This document shows, piece after piece, positions 9,385 through 18,936 of a DNA stretch of 64,000 bases (its first letter is position 1; each line of letters starts with the position of its first letter). The stretch spans positions 19,742 to 83,741 of IMG/VR virus record IMGVR_UViG_3300005985_000001; one strand, written 5' to 3'. This DNA is from a virus (Duplodnaviria > Caudoviricetes). The position numbers were made by a program, and so were the translations under genes. The notes under the pieces are model-generated. The model searched no databases. It saw only the letters and a program-made list of their open reading frames with translations, and was not told the origin of the DNA.

Positions 9385-9470
9385 TGAGCATTTCCTCCTG
9401 TATTGCCATCACAAGCTGCTTACGGGTATAGCCTTTTCGGAGCAGATACCGGACAAAGGCACGGAAGATT

Positions 9471-9752
9471 TCAAGAAGCATCTTCGTCATCTTCTTCTTC
9501 TGGAGCCGGAACATTCCGCCAATAGAGAATCGTGCGTAAGCCAAGTGCGTCTTCTTCTGTATGACGAAGTGCATCTGCAATGGTCATAACTTCATCATCA
9601 GTGGTTGCCATAGCTAACATGTCTGCAATAAAAACCCAGGGATTGTCAACGGCAACACCTAGACATTCATTGCCATACATTCCTCGCCCAGAGTAACTAC
9701 GAGTGTCATATCCGGCTGATTGAATCAATTCAACAAACTGCTCGTTATTCAT
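9471..9752 (-). CDS. conserved phage protein (YSGRGMYG..C motif)
   Basis: SYSGRGMYGNECLGV is a motif recalled from small phage proteins. Confidence 0.75.
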   Translation of the reverse strand: MNNEQFVELIQSAGYDTRSYSGRGMYGNECLGVAVDNPWVFIADMLAMATTDDEVMTIADALRHTEEDALGLRTILYWRNVPAPEEEDDEDAS

Positions 9753-9967
9753 AGCTCGACCTCAAACTCCTTCTCCAGCAGGTTATGCTGGTCATAGGGC
9801 GACATGGATTGCATGTCCTGATACATCTGGATCACCAGTTCGCCGATGTGCTCCTTGCCACTTTTCAGCAGTCGGGAACGCACTGAAGCATCGCCATCCT
9901 GCTTGGCTTTTACCCGCAGCCAGAGTTCAATCTGCGAGGCAATGGTAAATTCAGGGAGATCGTTCAT
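9749..9967 (-). CDS. hypothetical protein
   Basis: 72-aa ORF, ATGA overlap. Confidence 0.65.
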   Translation of the reverse strand: MNDLPEFTIASQIELWLRVKAKQDGDASVRSRLLKSGKEHIGELVIQMYQDMQSMSPYDQHNLLEKEFEVEL

Positions 9968-10354
9968 TTAATTCAACTCACCTTTCGGCAAAAACCAGTC
10001 CAATTCCATCCACGATAACTGTTCCAAATCTCGCTTGTAACTAGAACCTACACGGATGTTATGGGAACAATCACGTAGAATTAAATCTGCGCTTTTGGAA
10101 AGTACATCTTCTGGTGTATCAATACGTAGCAGAGTGCAGTATGAACTATCGGTTACTTGTTCCCACATACGATCATTTGGGTGATAGAAATAGACCGAGA
10201 AGCGTAGAAGTGGCTCATCATCAGGGTCATCAGAATCAAAATAACCACCGTATCCTTCGTCAAGGTACTCCCATACCACTCGGATACCTTCTCCATCCTC
10301 ATATTCTTTTTCTTCAAAAGCTTCGATGAGAGCTTGCCAGTCTTTAGTCATCAT
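9968..10354 (-). CDS. hypothetical protein
   Basis: 128-aa acidic ORF. Confidence 0.7.
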   Translation of the reverse strand: MMTKDWQALIEAFEEKEYEDGEGIRVVWEYLDEGYGGYFDSDDPDDEPLLRFSVYFYHPNDRMWEQVTDSSYCTLLRIDTPEDVLSKSADLILRDCSHNIRVGSSYKRDLEQLSWMELDWFLPKGELN

Positions 10355-10357
10355 TAC

Positions 10358-11386
10358 TTATTTCCTTCCCAGTTTCTTCGCCTGCTTGACGACCTCTTCC
10401 ACTGCTTTGTCCAGATTCCAATCCCGTTCAACCACAAGGTCAGCATCCTTCGCATCGGTGTTGTTGCCGATACTGAGCACCAGATCCGCGTTCAGGTTCT
10501 GCCGTGCCCAGTTCACAGCATTACCGCCATCCATTGCACTGAAGACACAGCCGTATTCTGCAAAACGTGGATTCATGCCTTCTACGAGACAAAAGCCCTC
10601 ATGTGCCCGGTGATCCGCAGATTCCGCGCAGATCTTGGCATAGCGATATAGGTCCCGATGAAACAATGCCCCGTACAAAGACATGGGCATGGTTCGAAAT
10701 GGATCGGCGATGATGTGCGCACGAGTAGCTTCGGTGTAACCACTGCCGGGGACAGGCTGGTTGCCTTCGACCAATGCCGCGTAAACCTGCATTCCTGCTG
10801 CCTCACATGCCCATTGAACGCCAAGCGTAATGCGTACAATCTTGGGAATGAAGTTCGCATCTGCCCACATCTCTCCCATCCCCGCACTGGCAACAATTGC
10901 AATCACAGGGGTTTTTGCAGGTGCCGAGAGGGTTTTACGAAACGGACGAATACGGTTGGGATCATAGGTTCCGGCAGCCGCCGCTTCGACCACTTCACTG
11001 AGCTTGCGTCGGTCCAGCTTGCCGTGTGGCAGGTCGCGGATCGTGACCATCGTAGCGACTTTCTCAAAGGCACTCACCAATCGACGGGCTGCACGAGAGG
11101 CTTCCTGACGAATATCTTCGGGCAAATGAAAGTTTTCAACGGCTCGAATCGCATCTGCGCGATTATGAATCTGCTGAGGAATGTATTTGTTTCCTTCGCA
11201 GGAAAACCAATCATCCTTTCTCCGCTTGTGGTATTTGGGATCTTCTCTTGGATAAACAGCTTCATCGCGCATATTCACTTTGAAAGACAATGCGAGTCCC
11301 TTTTTGCCAGCATAGGACTCGATTTCAAACAATGGTTTATGAACGGTATCTTGGGGCTGTGTAATCAGTTCTGGTAATGCATTCAT
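10358..11386 (-). CDS. vWA-like (CobT-type) partner of MoxR ATPase
   Basis: GKLDRRKL...PFRK then VIAIVASAGM (degenerate MIDAS position); coupled downstream of the AAA gene. Confidence 0.65.
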   Translation of the reverse strand: MNALPELITQPQDTVHKPLFEIESYAGKKGLALSFKVNMRDEAVYPREDPKYHKRRKDDWFSCEGNKYIPQQIHNRADAIRAVENFHLPEDIRQEASRAARRLVSAFEKVATMVTIRDLPHGKLDRRKLSEVVEAAAAGTYDPNRIRPFRKTLSAPAKTPVIAIVASAGMGEMWADANFIPKIVRITLGVQWACEAAGMQVYAALVEGNQPVPGSGYTEATRAHIIADPFRTMPMSLYGALFHRDLYRYAKICAESADHRAHEGFCLVEGMNPRFAEYGCVFSAMDGGNAVNWARQNLNADLVLSIGNNTDAKDADLVVERDWNLDKAVEEVVKQAKKLGRK

Positions 11387-12501
11387 CGGAGAAGTCCCTG
11401 ATCTTCGACTTCGACGCGACTGAAAAATGCGCGATTCGCAGCATCTGCAAGTGAGAAGTTTTTCACGGTCATCAGATTCGCCATCCGTGCCAGTGTACGC
11501 GGCGAAACATTCAGGCGCAGCGCATTCTGGTCAATCTTCTCGCGCATCTTGATCGCCCAGGCCTCCAGGGTTTTGGCAACTTTTCTGGGATAACCTTTCG
11601 ACTCCAGGATCAAAGCTTCGTTTTCATAGCCGGTCTGGATATAGGCGAAGCGATCCAGTTGAGCCGCATCCAATGCGTTGCGCCCCACGTAGTGCCGATT
11701 TGCCCCTGAGCCATAGGTGTTCATCGTGACGATGATCTGGCAGGGTCCCTGCGGGAAGATACGATCATGCTCCGGTGCGCCAGGCGTAGTGACATAGCGG
11801 GTTTGTCCATTGATGCCAGGGTCCTGAAACACGGATTGCAGGCACATCACCGCACGAGGATTGGCTGCATCGTATTCATTGATGACGACATCGCATCCTT
11901 CACGGAAGGCACGAGTAATCGCACCATGGATCCAGACATTGCCCTGTTCCGGGTGATAGCTCATGCCCCCAACTAACTCAAATGGCTCGATGAACTCGGT
12001 AATGTCAATCACATAGAAAGAGCGGTCTAGTGAATTGAACGCTTCGTATGAAACGGTCGATTTGCCGTTTCCGGTGGGGCCCACAATCGCAATCGCTGGA
12101 TAAACGTCAGGATGCTGGAGATAGAAGATCAGTTCATCGAACCACGAAGGCGGTACAAAGCCGATGGGTGTAGGTTTTGGCTCGGCATAGAGCATGGGAT
12201 GGTTGCGGCTGTGACTTCTACGCCAGCGGACTCGCCAGTGTTCTGCTTCAATGGAAGGTGGCAGGACTGGCTCTGGAACAGGCGCAGGTGCAACTTCACC
12301 CAATGGTTTTACATATTGACAGTAGTAGCGCAGGCGATCTGGGAGTTCCTTGCCCCGATACACATTTGCCCAGAGATTCGGGTCAAAAGTCGCGCCTGCA
12401 CTTTCCAGTTGATTTCTGACTTTAAACGTGCCGCCCAGCAGCACCCATTCCAGTGGGGCAAGCTGCAACGCAGCAATCGGTTGTGCCCGTTCACTCGGCA
12501 T
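11383..12501 (-). CDS. MoxR/CbbQ-like AAA+ ATPase
   Basis: GPTGNGKST Walker A, VVINEYD Walker B, TMNT sensor, LDAAQLDRF, SPR. Confidence 0.9.
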   Translation of the reverse strand: MPSERAQPIAALQLAPLEWVLLGGTFKVRNQLESAGATFDPNLWANVYRGKELPDRLRYYCQYVKPLGEVAPAPVPEPVLPPSIEAEHWRVRWRRSHSRNHPMLYAEPKPTPIGFVPPSWFDELIFYLQHPDVYPAIAIVGPTGNGKSTVSYEAFNSLDRSFYVIDITEFIEPFELVGGMSYHPEQGNVWIHGAITRAFREGCDVVINEYDAANPRAVMCLQSVFQDPGINGQTRYVTTPGAPEHDRIFPQGPCQIIVTMNTYGSGANRHYVGRNALDAAQLDRFAYIQTGYENEALILESKGYPRKVAKTLEAWAIKMREKIDQNALRLNVSPRTLARMANLMTVKNFSLADAANRAFFSRVEVEDQGLLR

Positions 12502-12537
12502 TCAGATTCTCCTTCTCCGTTGTGGTGACGGATACAG

Positions 12538-12753
12538 TTAGCGAGAATAGGCATGAGGAATAATTGTGAGACACAGTTCTTTCAAGGCTTCAGGAATTTC
12601 TTCACCTATATAGACGTGTGCCCAGAATTTTTCTTGATCAAATATAGCACCTGCTTTAGCAAATTCTTCTCGTACCAGATAGGTGCCACCAACGAAAACC
12701 CACTTTTGAAATTCCACTTCAACGGCAACGATTGGGGATCTATTTTCTGTCAT
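12538..12753 (-). CDS. stand-alone paralog of the AAA ATPase N-terminal domain
   Basis: WVFVGGTYLVREEFAKAGAIFD..FWAHVY versus WVLLGGTFKVRNQLESAGATFD..LWANVY. Confidence 0.75.
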   Translation of the reverse strand: MTENRSPIVAVEVEFQKWVFVGGTYLVREEFAKAGAIFDQEKFWAHVYIGEEIPEALKELCLTIIPHAYSR

Positions 12754-12779
12754 TCCTGACCTTTCTTCAGAACGTTCCG

Positions 12780-13091
12780 TTAACGATGTTCTTCCAGCCA
12801 GCAGTCAGCATTCTCGAAGACAGCCTGGATGAGATAGCCGAAATTACGTGAAATGTGTTTACGCTGAACGTATTTGCACCAGAGTCGCCGTGTTAACGCA
12901 AGAGCTTCTTCGGCAAATTGCCGATGATCTCGGAAATACTGTCCCCAATCGCTAAAGTTACAGTCGGCGAGAATTTCCAGAGCAGCCCATTTTTCTGCTG
13001 CACACTCTCCAAATTCGGCAGATTCGAGTATTCGAGCAGGCGTTCTCGATCTCATAAGTAATCGGTAATCTTCAAGACGCATGTTGAACAC
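12780..13091 (-). CDS. hypothetical protein
   Basis: 103-aa ORF overlapping the HNH gene end. Confidence 0.55.
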   Translation of the reverse strand: MFNMRLEDYRLLMRSRTPARILESAEFGECAAEKWAALEILADCNFSDWGQYFRDHRQFAEEALALTRRLWCKYVQRKHISRNFGYLIQAVFENADCWLEEHR

Positions 13092-13572
13092 TTTCTGGGA
13101 AATTCAATAAAGCAAATTCGCCAAAAAGCTCTTTCGCGGCCTTATCATATGCTTTTGCAGCTTCTATCTCGTCTTGAAAACTTCCAAGTGAGATTGTCTT
13201 GTAATTCACCATGATTCGAGAATGCCAACGCTTGTCCTTTTTACTCCAATAAACTCCTTTAAAGCTCGAACTGTACCGTCCATTTCGTTTTCTTTGATTG
13301 CGTGTATTTTCTGCATTAGTACAGAGTCTTAAGTTCTCCTTTCTGTTATCTAAGGTACGCCCGTTTATATGGTCAACTTGTAAACCTTTGGGAGCATTAA
13401 GGATCTGTCGATGCATATATACCTTTTGAGAATGCCTTCTATCGATATAAACATTTCGCCGGGCATACCCATCTGAACAGAGCCAATTAAACTGGGATAG
13501 TTCTTCATAATTCTCTGCGTCCACTAATGCAATTTGTCCATTTGAAAGGACAATTACGTTGCAAGTCATCAT
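13072..13572 (-). mobile_element. free-standing HNH-AP2 homing endonuclease
   Basis: YMHRQIL...VDHINGRTLDNRKENLR (HNH) plus SSFKGVYW...KRW...LGSF.DEIEAAKAYD (AP2). Confidence 0.92.
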
Positions 13573-13579
13573 GTTCGTT

Positions 13580-13783
13580 TTACTCCACCACAAGCATCTC
13601 ACGGAGCCGGACTTTACTCGTTACTGCGCGACGACTGTTGTGGCACCATTGAATATTCTTGGTGAGTGGATCGCGGCGGTAATGCATTTCGTAGATCTGC
13701 TGTCCATTTTCTTCGACCACATGGGTTTGATTCCCGCACTCCGGGCATTCCGTCTCATAGTAGTTAACTTTACGGTAAGGCAT
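13580..13783 (-). CDS. small zinc-ribbon protein
   Basis: CPECG plus distal WCH; GAAGGAGAA RBS. Confidence 0.65.
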   Translation of the reverse strand: MPYRKVNYYETECPECGNQTHVVEENGQQIYEMHYRRDPLTKNIQWCHNSRRAVTSKVRLREMLVVE

Positions 13784-13815
13784 CAGGGTTTCTCCTTCTC
13801 TGGGCGTGGTGTGCC

Positions 13816-14193
13816 CTACGAACGAACAGCTATAGCATCCAGCACAGTCTCCAGCATCTCGGCAAACGCTTCGGCATAGGCTTCCGCTTCTTCTGCCCAG
13901 AGATACAAGTAAGGCAGAACCAGACCTGCAACATCACCTTCAAACCAGATCAGTTCACGACCTACCGTGACATGCACACGCGGACAGTATCCATGCAGGT
14001 TCATACTTCGAAGGGTTTGAGTCGCCTGGTTTAAGCCAGCAAGAATAGCTTGTATATCAGCAATCGATTCCTCGCAGATCACAAAATGCGAATTGTCGAA
14101 CCGTGAGTAAGGTATGGGTTCAGAGCCGACCAATCGCTCGATATGTAGTTTGACGCCGATCCAAGGAACTACTTCAACACGAGTGTTGAGCAT
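13816..14193 (-). CDS. hypothetical protein
   Basis: GAAGGAGAA RBS before MLNTRVEV. Confidence 0.7.
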   Translation of the reverse strand: MLNTRVEVVPWIGVKLHIERLVGSEPIPYSRFDNSHFVICEESIADIQAILAGLNQATQTLRSMNLHGYCPRVHVTVGRELIWFEGDVAGLVLPYLYLWAEEAEAYAEAFAEMLETVLDAIAVRS

Positions 14194-14236
14194 GAGGTTT
14201 CTCCTTCGTTTATGCTCGGTGGTGACGAGTTTTGAA

Positions 14237-14872
14237 CTAAGCTTGTTTCTCAAACTCGGCAAGGATCATGTTTTCTAGGCGAGTATTGAACTCATCTAAC
14301 TCCGCATCCTGTGCAGCAGCCCACGCAGCAGCCCGTGCAGCATCCTGTGCAGCAGCCCACGCAGCAGCCCGTGCAGTAGCCCACGCAGTAGCCCACGCAG
14401 CAGCCCACGCAGCATCCCACGCAGTAGCCCAGTCTTCATCAGTCAGTTCGCCATTAATCCATTGCTGCTTTAGATCAAGCAGTTCATAATGAAGCCGATT
14501 TGCAGTTTGAACTTTTGGATTTGTGCTAGACGGCGAAAACAAATCAAGAGCTTCACGAGCAACATCGACTGAGAATTGATGCAAAATTCTTTCTACATCG
14601 AGCATCCAGAGCGTTTTGCGGTATCGTGCAACCAGCTTATCGCTGCCTTCAACAACATCACCCCAACATTCGACACGGCAAACGACAAGCGCATTGTTGC
14701 TGGCATAACTCAATGCATCAATCACTCGTCGGCTAGCGTGAAGCCCATATGCGCAAAGTTCAAGCTCGCCTTCTACAGAGAGTGTTTCTCCAACCTGGAC
14801 AATGCGATTATCGCCATGTTTCAGTTTGCGATCCGAACCAATGAAATGCCAAGCCAGAATTGAATCAGACAT
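14237..14872 (-). CDS. phage protein with AAWAAA repeats
   Basis: LELCAYGLHAS N-terminal domain plus C-terminal Ala/Trp tetrapeptide repeats, an architecture recalled from many phages. Confidence 0.8.
   Translation of the reverse strand: MSDSILAWHFIGSDRKLKHGDNRIVQVGETLSVEGELELCAYGLHASRRVIDALSYASNNALVVCRVECWGDVVEGSDKLVARYRKTLWMLDVERILHQFSVDVAREALDLFSPSSTNPKVQTANRLHYELLDLKQQWINGELTDEDWATAWDAAWAAAWATAWATARAAAWAAAQDAARAAAWAAAQDAELDEFNTRLENMILAEFEKQA
14324..14430. repeat. about 9 tandem 12-nt units (GCAGCAGCCCAC-like) encoding AAWA repeats
   Basis: Visible directly, including a duplicated 36-nt block. Confidence 0.9.
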
Positions 14873-14916
14873 TTGAAGCTTCTCCTTCTAACCTTGTGGT
14901 GTAGGTGTTTATACTG

Positions 14917-14929
14917 ATTATACTACGAA
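14917..14929 (-). promoter_or_regulatory. sigma70-like -10 element TTCGTAGTATAAT (copy 1)
   Basis: Identical 13-mer at 20549-20561; AT-rich intergenic gap. Confidence 0.7.
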
Positions 14930-14939
14930 AACGTACAAA

Positions 14940-15251
14940 TTAAAAGAGATGACTGGCAACCTCCAGACTAATAAACGCACGATTGCGTGTCGGCGAGAAA
15001 TGATAATCGATGCCCATAATGAAGGGATCCAGTCCATCACTGGGAATCCGTGCAGAGAGCAAGGCTTTATCCAATTCTTCTTCAATGTACTCGAAGTTCA
15101 TTTGTTCCGGTTCCAGATCCACCCACAGAAACATCCAGCGCCGGGCGTAAAAGCCTTTGCTGTCATAGTGCGGATTGCTGGATACAACCAGGTGAAACTT
15201 CGGGATGCGATTGCACAAGTCGGAACGTTCCGCTTCGGTGAGGTTAAGCAT
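14940..15251 (-). CDS. hypothetical protein
   Basis: 103-aa ORF, GGAG RBS. Confidence 0.7.
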   Translation of the reverse strand: MLNLTEAERSDLCNRIPKFHLVVSSNPHYDSKGFYARRWMFLWVDLEPEQMNFEYIEEELDKALLSARIPSDGLDPFIMGIDYHFSPTRNRAFISLEVASHLF

Positions 15252-15266
15252 GGATTACTCCTAAAG

Positions 15267-15620
15267 TCAGGATAAGCGGTTAATTCGCATTTCCAGATTG
15301 TGAATGTACTGTGCCAGTACAAGATTATCAGGGATACCCATCACGCGAGCCAGTATAGTGATTAAGGCGTACTGACCATTAGCGTCTATCAACAGCCTTT
15401 CTGGTGCGTGACTACTACGAGGTCGCTCTGATTCACCTAATTCACAAAGCCAATAACCACCCGCCGGATCAAGTTCGGTAATATGGAATAGCTGGTTTTG
15501 AACGTGTTTTGTGCTAAGATCGTCTGCAATCAGCACCCAATCTCCAACTTTAAACTTATGTGTTGTTTGCATCTTATGTTTACTCTCCGTCTTCCAGATA
15601 TGCTTTACGAAGAATTGCAA
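15267..15620 (-). CDS. hypothetical protein (SH3/KOW-like N-terminus)
   Basis: FKVGDWVLI; real start probably MQTTHK. Confidence 0.65.
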   Translation of the reverse strand: MQFFVKHIWKTESKHKMQTTHKFKVGDWVLIADDLSTKHVQNQLFHITELDPAGGYWLCELGESERPRSSHAPERLLIDANGQYALITILARVMGIPDNLVLAQYIHNLEMRINRLS

Positions 15621-15924
15621 TGATTTCTACGACAGAGAACTGGTCAAGTCCTTCTCTTGTGTCATAGTATGCTTCATACAAGTCGTCAAGGAACTCAGCC
15701 AGCATTTCCTGTTCTTCATCGCTGAACATGTTTACTCCGATGCGCTTGTGCCAGTCTTCAACCGCTTGCTCTAGTAGTCCCAAAGCAATGTGTTCTGGAA
15801 ATGCCACGTAGAGATCGTGGGTGGTAACAATCATCTTGGCGATGGGATCACCCGCTGCTTGTGCGGCCAGCAGTATCTCCTTGTTTGTCTTACACCACTC
15901 GAATACAGTTTCATTGGTGAGCAT
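15580..15924 (-). CDS. hypothetical protein
   Basis: 114-aa ORF, AAGGAG RBS. Confidence 0.7.
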   Translation of the reverse strand: MLTNETVFEWCKTNKEILLAAQAAGDPIAKMIVTTHDLYVAFPEHIALGLLEQAVEDWHKRIGVNMFSDEEQEMLAEFLDDLYEAYYDTREGLDQFSVVEIIAILRKAYLEDGE

Positions 15925-15926
15925 GT

Positions 15927-16328
15927 CTACTCCTTTTCGTTACTACTTTCGGCATCGTCGGACAAGATATTCGTATCCAGCACATTCCATTCCTGAAGTG
16001 CATCCAGTATCTTGTCCATCTCCTCTCGCATGTTGGGCTGTACCAGGCGGCGACAAAACGCAAGCATTGACCAGCACGCTTTATGCAGTATGCGAGAGCG
16101 TCGATACAGTTCGGTAAGCCGCTCGTTCTCATCTGTGGCAGCGGAGAGCACAGTTTCGAGGGCGGTTATATATCGCTCGGCACAAGCCGCTTCTTCAAAG
16201 TACGCACGTAACCATCCAGGCGTATCCGTAATGTCATGCAAGCGACGGCGCTCAACTTTGGCGTCATTGTAAGCTTTCGCCAGCGCGTCATCGGAGGTCG
16301 AAGGCGTGGGGTCGGTGGTCATCATCAT
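15927..16328 (-). CDS. helical hypothetical protein
   Basis: 133-aa ORF starting MMMTTDP. Confidence 0.7.
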   Translation of the reverse strand: MMMTTDPTPSTSDDALAKAYNDAKVERRRLHDITDTPGWLRAYFEEAACAERYITALETVLSAATDENERLTELYRRSRILHKACWSMLAFCRRLVQPNMREEMDKILDALQEWNVLDTNILSDDAESSNEKE

Positions 16329-16519
16329 TCGTCCTCCCGAAGAATTCCTTCTTGCTTAAGCCAGGTTTTGGCTTCCTCAACAGGAAGCTGCCATATCCGA
16401 TTTGGCACAAGCCAGGGGACAAATGCCTTATCCGAAGCCCAGGGATCAGGTAGTTCAGTGTCATCTTGTGCAGGCATTGAATGAATATAGTCCGATAGTG
16501 TTTTAGGGTCGGTGGTCAT
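16325..16519 (-). CDS. hypothetical protein
   Basis: 64-aa ORF starting MTTDP, GGAG RBS. Confidence 0.65.
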   Translation of the reverse strand: MTTDPKTLSDYIHSMPAQDDTELPDPWASDKAFVPWLVPNRIWQLPVEEAKTWLKQEGILREDE

Positions 16520-16561
16520 CGCTCGTCTCCTATGCCTCTGCTGTTGGGTGGTCGGTGCTAA

Positions 16562-16732
16562 TTACCGCAGAATCAGAAAAGCAATACCCATTCCAACTGC
16601 CATGCTGATCAGAAACGCTGTGAGTACAATTAGACAGCCAACCCCTGCCTGACTGCCATCCTGTTCCATCTGATCTTCGTATTGCAACGCATAGTACAGT
16701 TCAGCTTCATCATCCAGATTATAATCAGACAT
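16562..16732 (-). CDS. small membrane protein
   Basis: C-terminal hydrophobic helix; GGGAGAA RBS before MSDYNL. Confidence 0.7.
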   Translation of the reverse strand: MSDYNLDDEAELYYALQYEDQMEQDGSQAGVGCLIVLTAFLISMAVGMGIAFLILR

Positions 16733-16754
16733 GATATTCTCCCTGAGAAAATAA

Positions 16755-16777
16755 AGGGGCAGGATCATCCTGCCCCT
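16755..16777 (-). terminator. intrinsic terminator after ssb
   Basis: AGGGGCAGGAT/ATCCTGCCCCT hairpin followed by TTTATTTT on the minus strand. Confidence 0.75.
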
Positions 16778-16798
16778 GTTGACGGAACGTTCCGTAAG

Positions 16799-17224
16799 TT
16801 AGAACTGCACCTCTTCGACCACTGATTCCTGAATGGCTTCTGCACCTGCCTGCTCAGTGCGATCCTTCCATTCCTTCACATAGACTTCTTCGACACGAAT
16901 GGTCACATCGCTGGCGTTATCGCCATTATTGGTGGTATAGCAGCGCGATCCCATGACTTTGGCAACCACTGTGACAGACTTCCAGCGGCGAAGAATCTTG
17001 TCCAGCCCTTCGGCGCGAGTGCCGTAGACCGCACAGTTGAACCACACCGGCTGCTTGACGACCGTGCCATCTTCTTTGGTGTAGTCCTGATTGTTGCAGA
17101 CCGAGAAATTGAGCACAGCATTCCCGTTCTGCATATAGGTCAGGTCTTTGATCTTGCCCAGATTGCCATCGAAAACGAACAGGTTCAGATTACGGATTGC
17201 GACTTCGTGATTGTTGTTAGCCAT
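16799..17224 (-). CDS. ssb: single-stranded DNA-binding protein
   Basis: GNLGK...Y.QNG.AV.NFSV...WFNCAVYG..AE OB-fold pattern; acidic tail ending in F. Confidence 0.9.
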   Translation of the reverse strand: MANNNHEVAIRNLNLFVFDGNLGKIKDLTYMQNGNAVLNFSVCNNQDYTKEDGTVVKQPVWFNCAVYGTRAEGLDKILRRWKSVTVVAKVMGSRCYTTNNGDNASDVTIRVEEVYVKEWKDRTEQAGAEAIQESVVEEVQF

Positions 17225-17280
17225 TGTGGTTACTCTCCTTCTTGGTTAGCGAATGGTGTTGGTAGTGCTGCGAACGAAAA

Positions 17281-17538
17281 CTACTGATTGAGCCACTTCA
17301 AAAACTCCTCATCAGACCCAAGCCTGATACGAACAATACGTGCTGCAACTAAAAGTTCATGGCGTCCTTTCTCATAGCCGCTTTTGTAGATGCCGTAGAT
17401 ACGGTCGTTTTCTGACTGGTCATCGACTGTTAGTGTGCGACCCAATCCAAGCTGGTGAGCATCAACCATCACTGCTCCAGAAAGACCATCATCATAGCCA
17501 ATCATGTAAAACAAGTATTCCTGTGATAGCTCTGGCAT
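17281..17538 (-). CDS. hypothetical protein
   Basis: 85-aa ORF, AAGGAG RBS. Confidence 0.7.
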   Translation of the reverse strand: MPELSQEYLFYMIGYDDGLSGAVMVDAHQLGLGRTLTVDDQSENDRIYGIYKSGYEKGRHELLVAARIVRIRLGSDEEFLKWLNQ

Positions 17539-17547
17539 AATTACTCC

Positions 17548-17742
17548 TTATCTCTGCTGAAGCACGGCACTGAGGGTATAGCTCAACGCAGCCGCGACGG
17601 AATCACCCACCAGCCGGTGATTCAGGTAGCGGTTCTGGAAATTATCCTGCTGGGGCACATACTGACGGGCCTGCTCGTCGGTCAAGGCTTTCACATCAGC
17701 GATTTCATCCCAGGTTTGGGTGACGTAGTTGAAATATTTCAT
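17548..17742 (-). CDS. hypothetical protein
   Basis: 64-aa ORF. Confidence 0.6.
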   Translation of the reverse strand: MKYFNYVTQTWDEIADVKALTDEQARQYVPQQDNFQNRYLNHRLVGDSVAAALSYTLSAVLQQR

Positions 17743-17753
17743 GGGTTTGTCTT

Positions 17754-18185
17754 TCAGCTAATATCGCCTGTTGGGTTGATCTCATCATCTTCTGTGAGAT
17801 CAATAACTATTACTTGTGCATCTGGCTTCATCCGCTGTAGTTCCTCAATCGGATCAATTACTTCGTGATCCTCAAAGTGAATCGGACGCACTTCATGCCA
17901 TTCGCCATACTGCATAGCCAATGCTTGCAGGCGAGTTTCCCATTTTGACCAGTCCTTAACACCGCGAAGATCTTCTAGGCTGATTTCGTCCAAGAACGGA
18001 TGTGCCTCAAGAAGATATGGCTTACATTCCTGACTTACACGCGGCAGGGCATGGGTATAGAGGTCGTCACTTGTCATGAAGTTCAGGATGTCATAGACGC
18101 AATCAATCGGATATTCAGTCCCAGGAACAGGGCAAAGAAATCCAGTGGTAATACTGAGTAATGCATTTAAATGGAACTGGCGCAT
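17754..18185 (-). CDS. conserved phage protein
   Basis: FHLNALLSITTG...VYDILNFMT.DDLYTH.LPR pattern; strong RBS. Confidence 0.75.
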   Translation of the reverse strand: MRQFHLNALLSITTGFLCPVPGTEYPIDCVYDILNFMTSDDLYTHALPRVSQECKPYLLEAHPFLDEISLEDLRGVKDWSKWETRLQALAMQYGEWHEVRPIHFEDHEVIDPIEELQRMKPDAQVIVIDLTEDDEINPTGDIS

Positions 18186-18296
18186 TGGGCCTCTCCTTCT
18201 CTCCTGTGTGGTGCAGGATGTCTATTACTTGTTCGAGAACTGCAAGACTCTGGAATACAAATTGCTATCGTTTCTCGGATTTTACGGAACGTTCCG

Positions 18297-18449
18297 TCAT
18301 GAACCTCCTAAAAGTGCCTGCACCATGAGAATGACTAAGCCAATGAGCATAACGCCAAGCATGGACCAACGAATAGTGGCGGCGAAGAACCCTTCATACT
18401 CAATGTCTTCGAGATACTTGTCGACGATACGATTAATCAGGCGCTGCAT
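18297..18449 (-). CDS. 50-aa membrane protein (absent from track)
   Basis: MQRLINRIV...MLGVMLIGLVILMVQALL; GAAGGAGAA RBS. Confidence 0.6.
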   Translation of the reverse strand: MQRLINRIVDKYLEDIEYEGFFAATIRWSMLGVMLIGLVILMVQALLGGS

Positions 18450-18493
18450 CAGGTTTTTCTCCTTCATTGAATAGGCATGTGGTGGATGTCAGG

Positions 18494-18862
18494 TTAGGCT
18501 TCTTCGGTCAGTGTCACCTCGATAAATTCAAATGTATCGTCCGGGAATAAAGAGGTCTGAAGCCAGTGCTTGTGCGCTTCAACTTTCTCGCGGGAAATCC
18601 AGTGCAGGTCATAACGATCAGGATCAGGTGAAAAGTTCACATAGCCTTCATGTTCACCGTAGGTTGGATAGATCCAGAAGGCATACATGTCTGCATCTTC
18701 TCGAATCTCATACCGATGGAGTCGTTTACGCTGCACTGCATCAGGATACAACCGGCGTGATTTTAGCTCGATGAACAGTGCCTCAGACCAGTCATAATAT
18801 TGCTCTGTGAACCCTTCTTCATCGAGATATTCCCACTTTGAAATAAGCGTGGCATTATCCAT
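18494..18862 (-). CDS. hypothetical protein with QTSLF clamp-binding-like motif
   Basis: 122-aa ORF; QTSLF near the C-terminus. Confidence 0.7.
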   Translation of the reverse strand: MDNATLISKWEYLDEEGFTEQYYDWSEALFIELKSRRLYPDAVQRKRLHRYEIREDADMYAFWIYPTYGEHEGYVNFSPDPDRYDLHWISREKVEAHKHWLQTSLFPDDTFEFIEVTLTEEA

Positions 18863-18936
18863 CGCTTCAACAGTTGCTTCGATGCTTTTCTTCTGTGCTC
18901 ACCAATCTTCGAAGTTCATAGGTTTATTCTCCTTAT

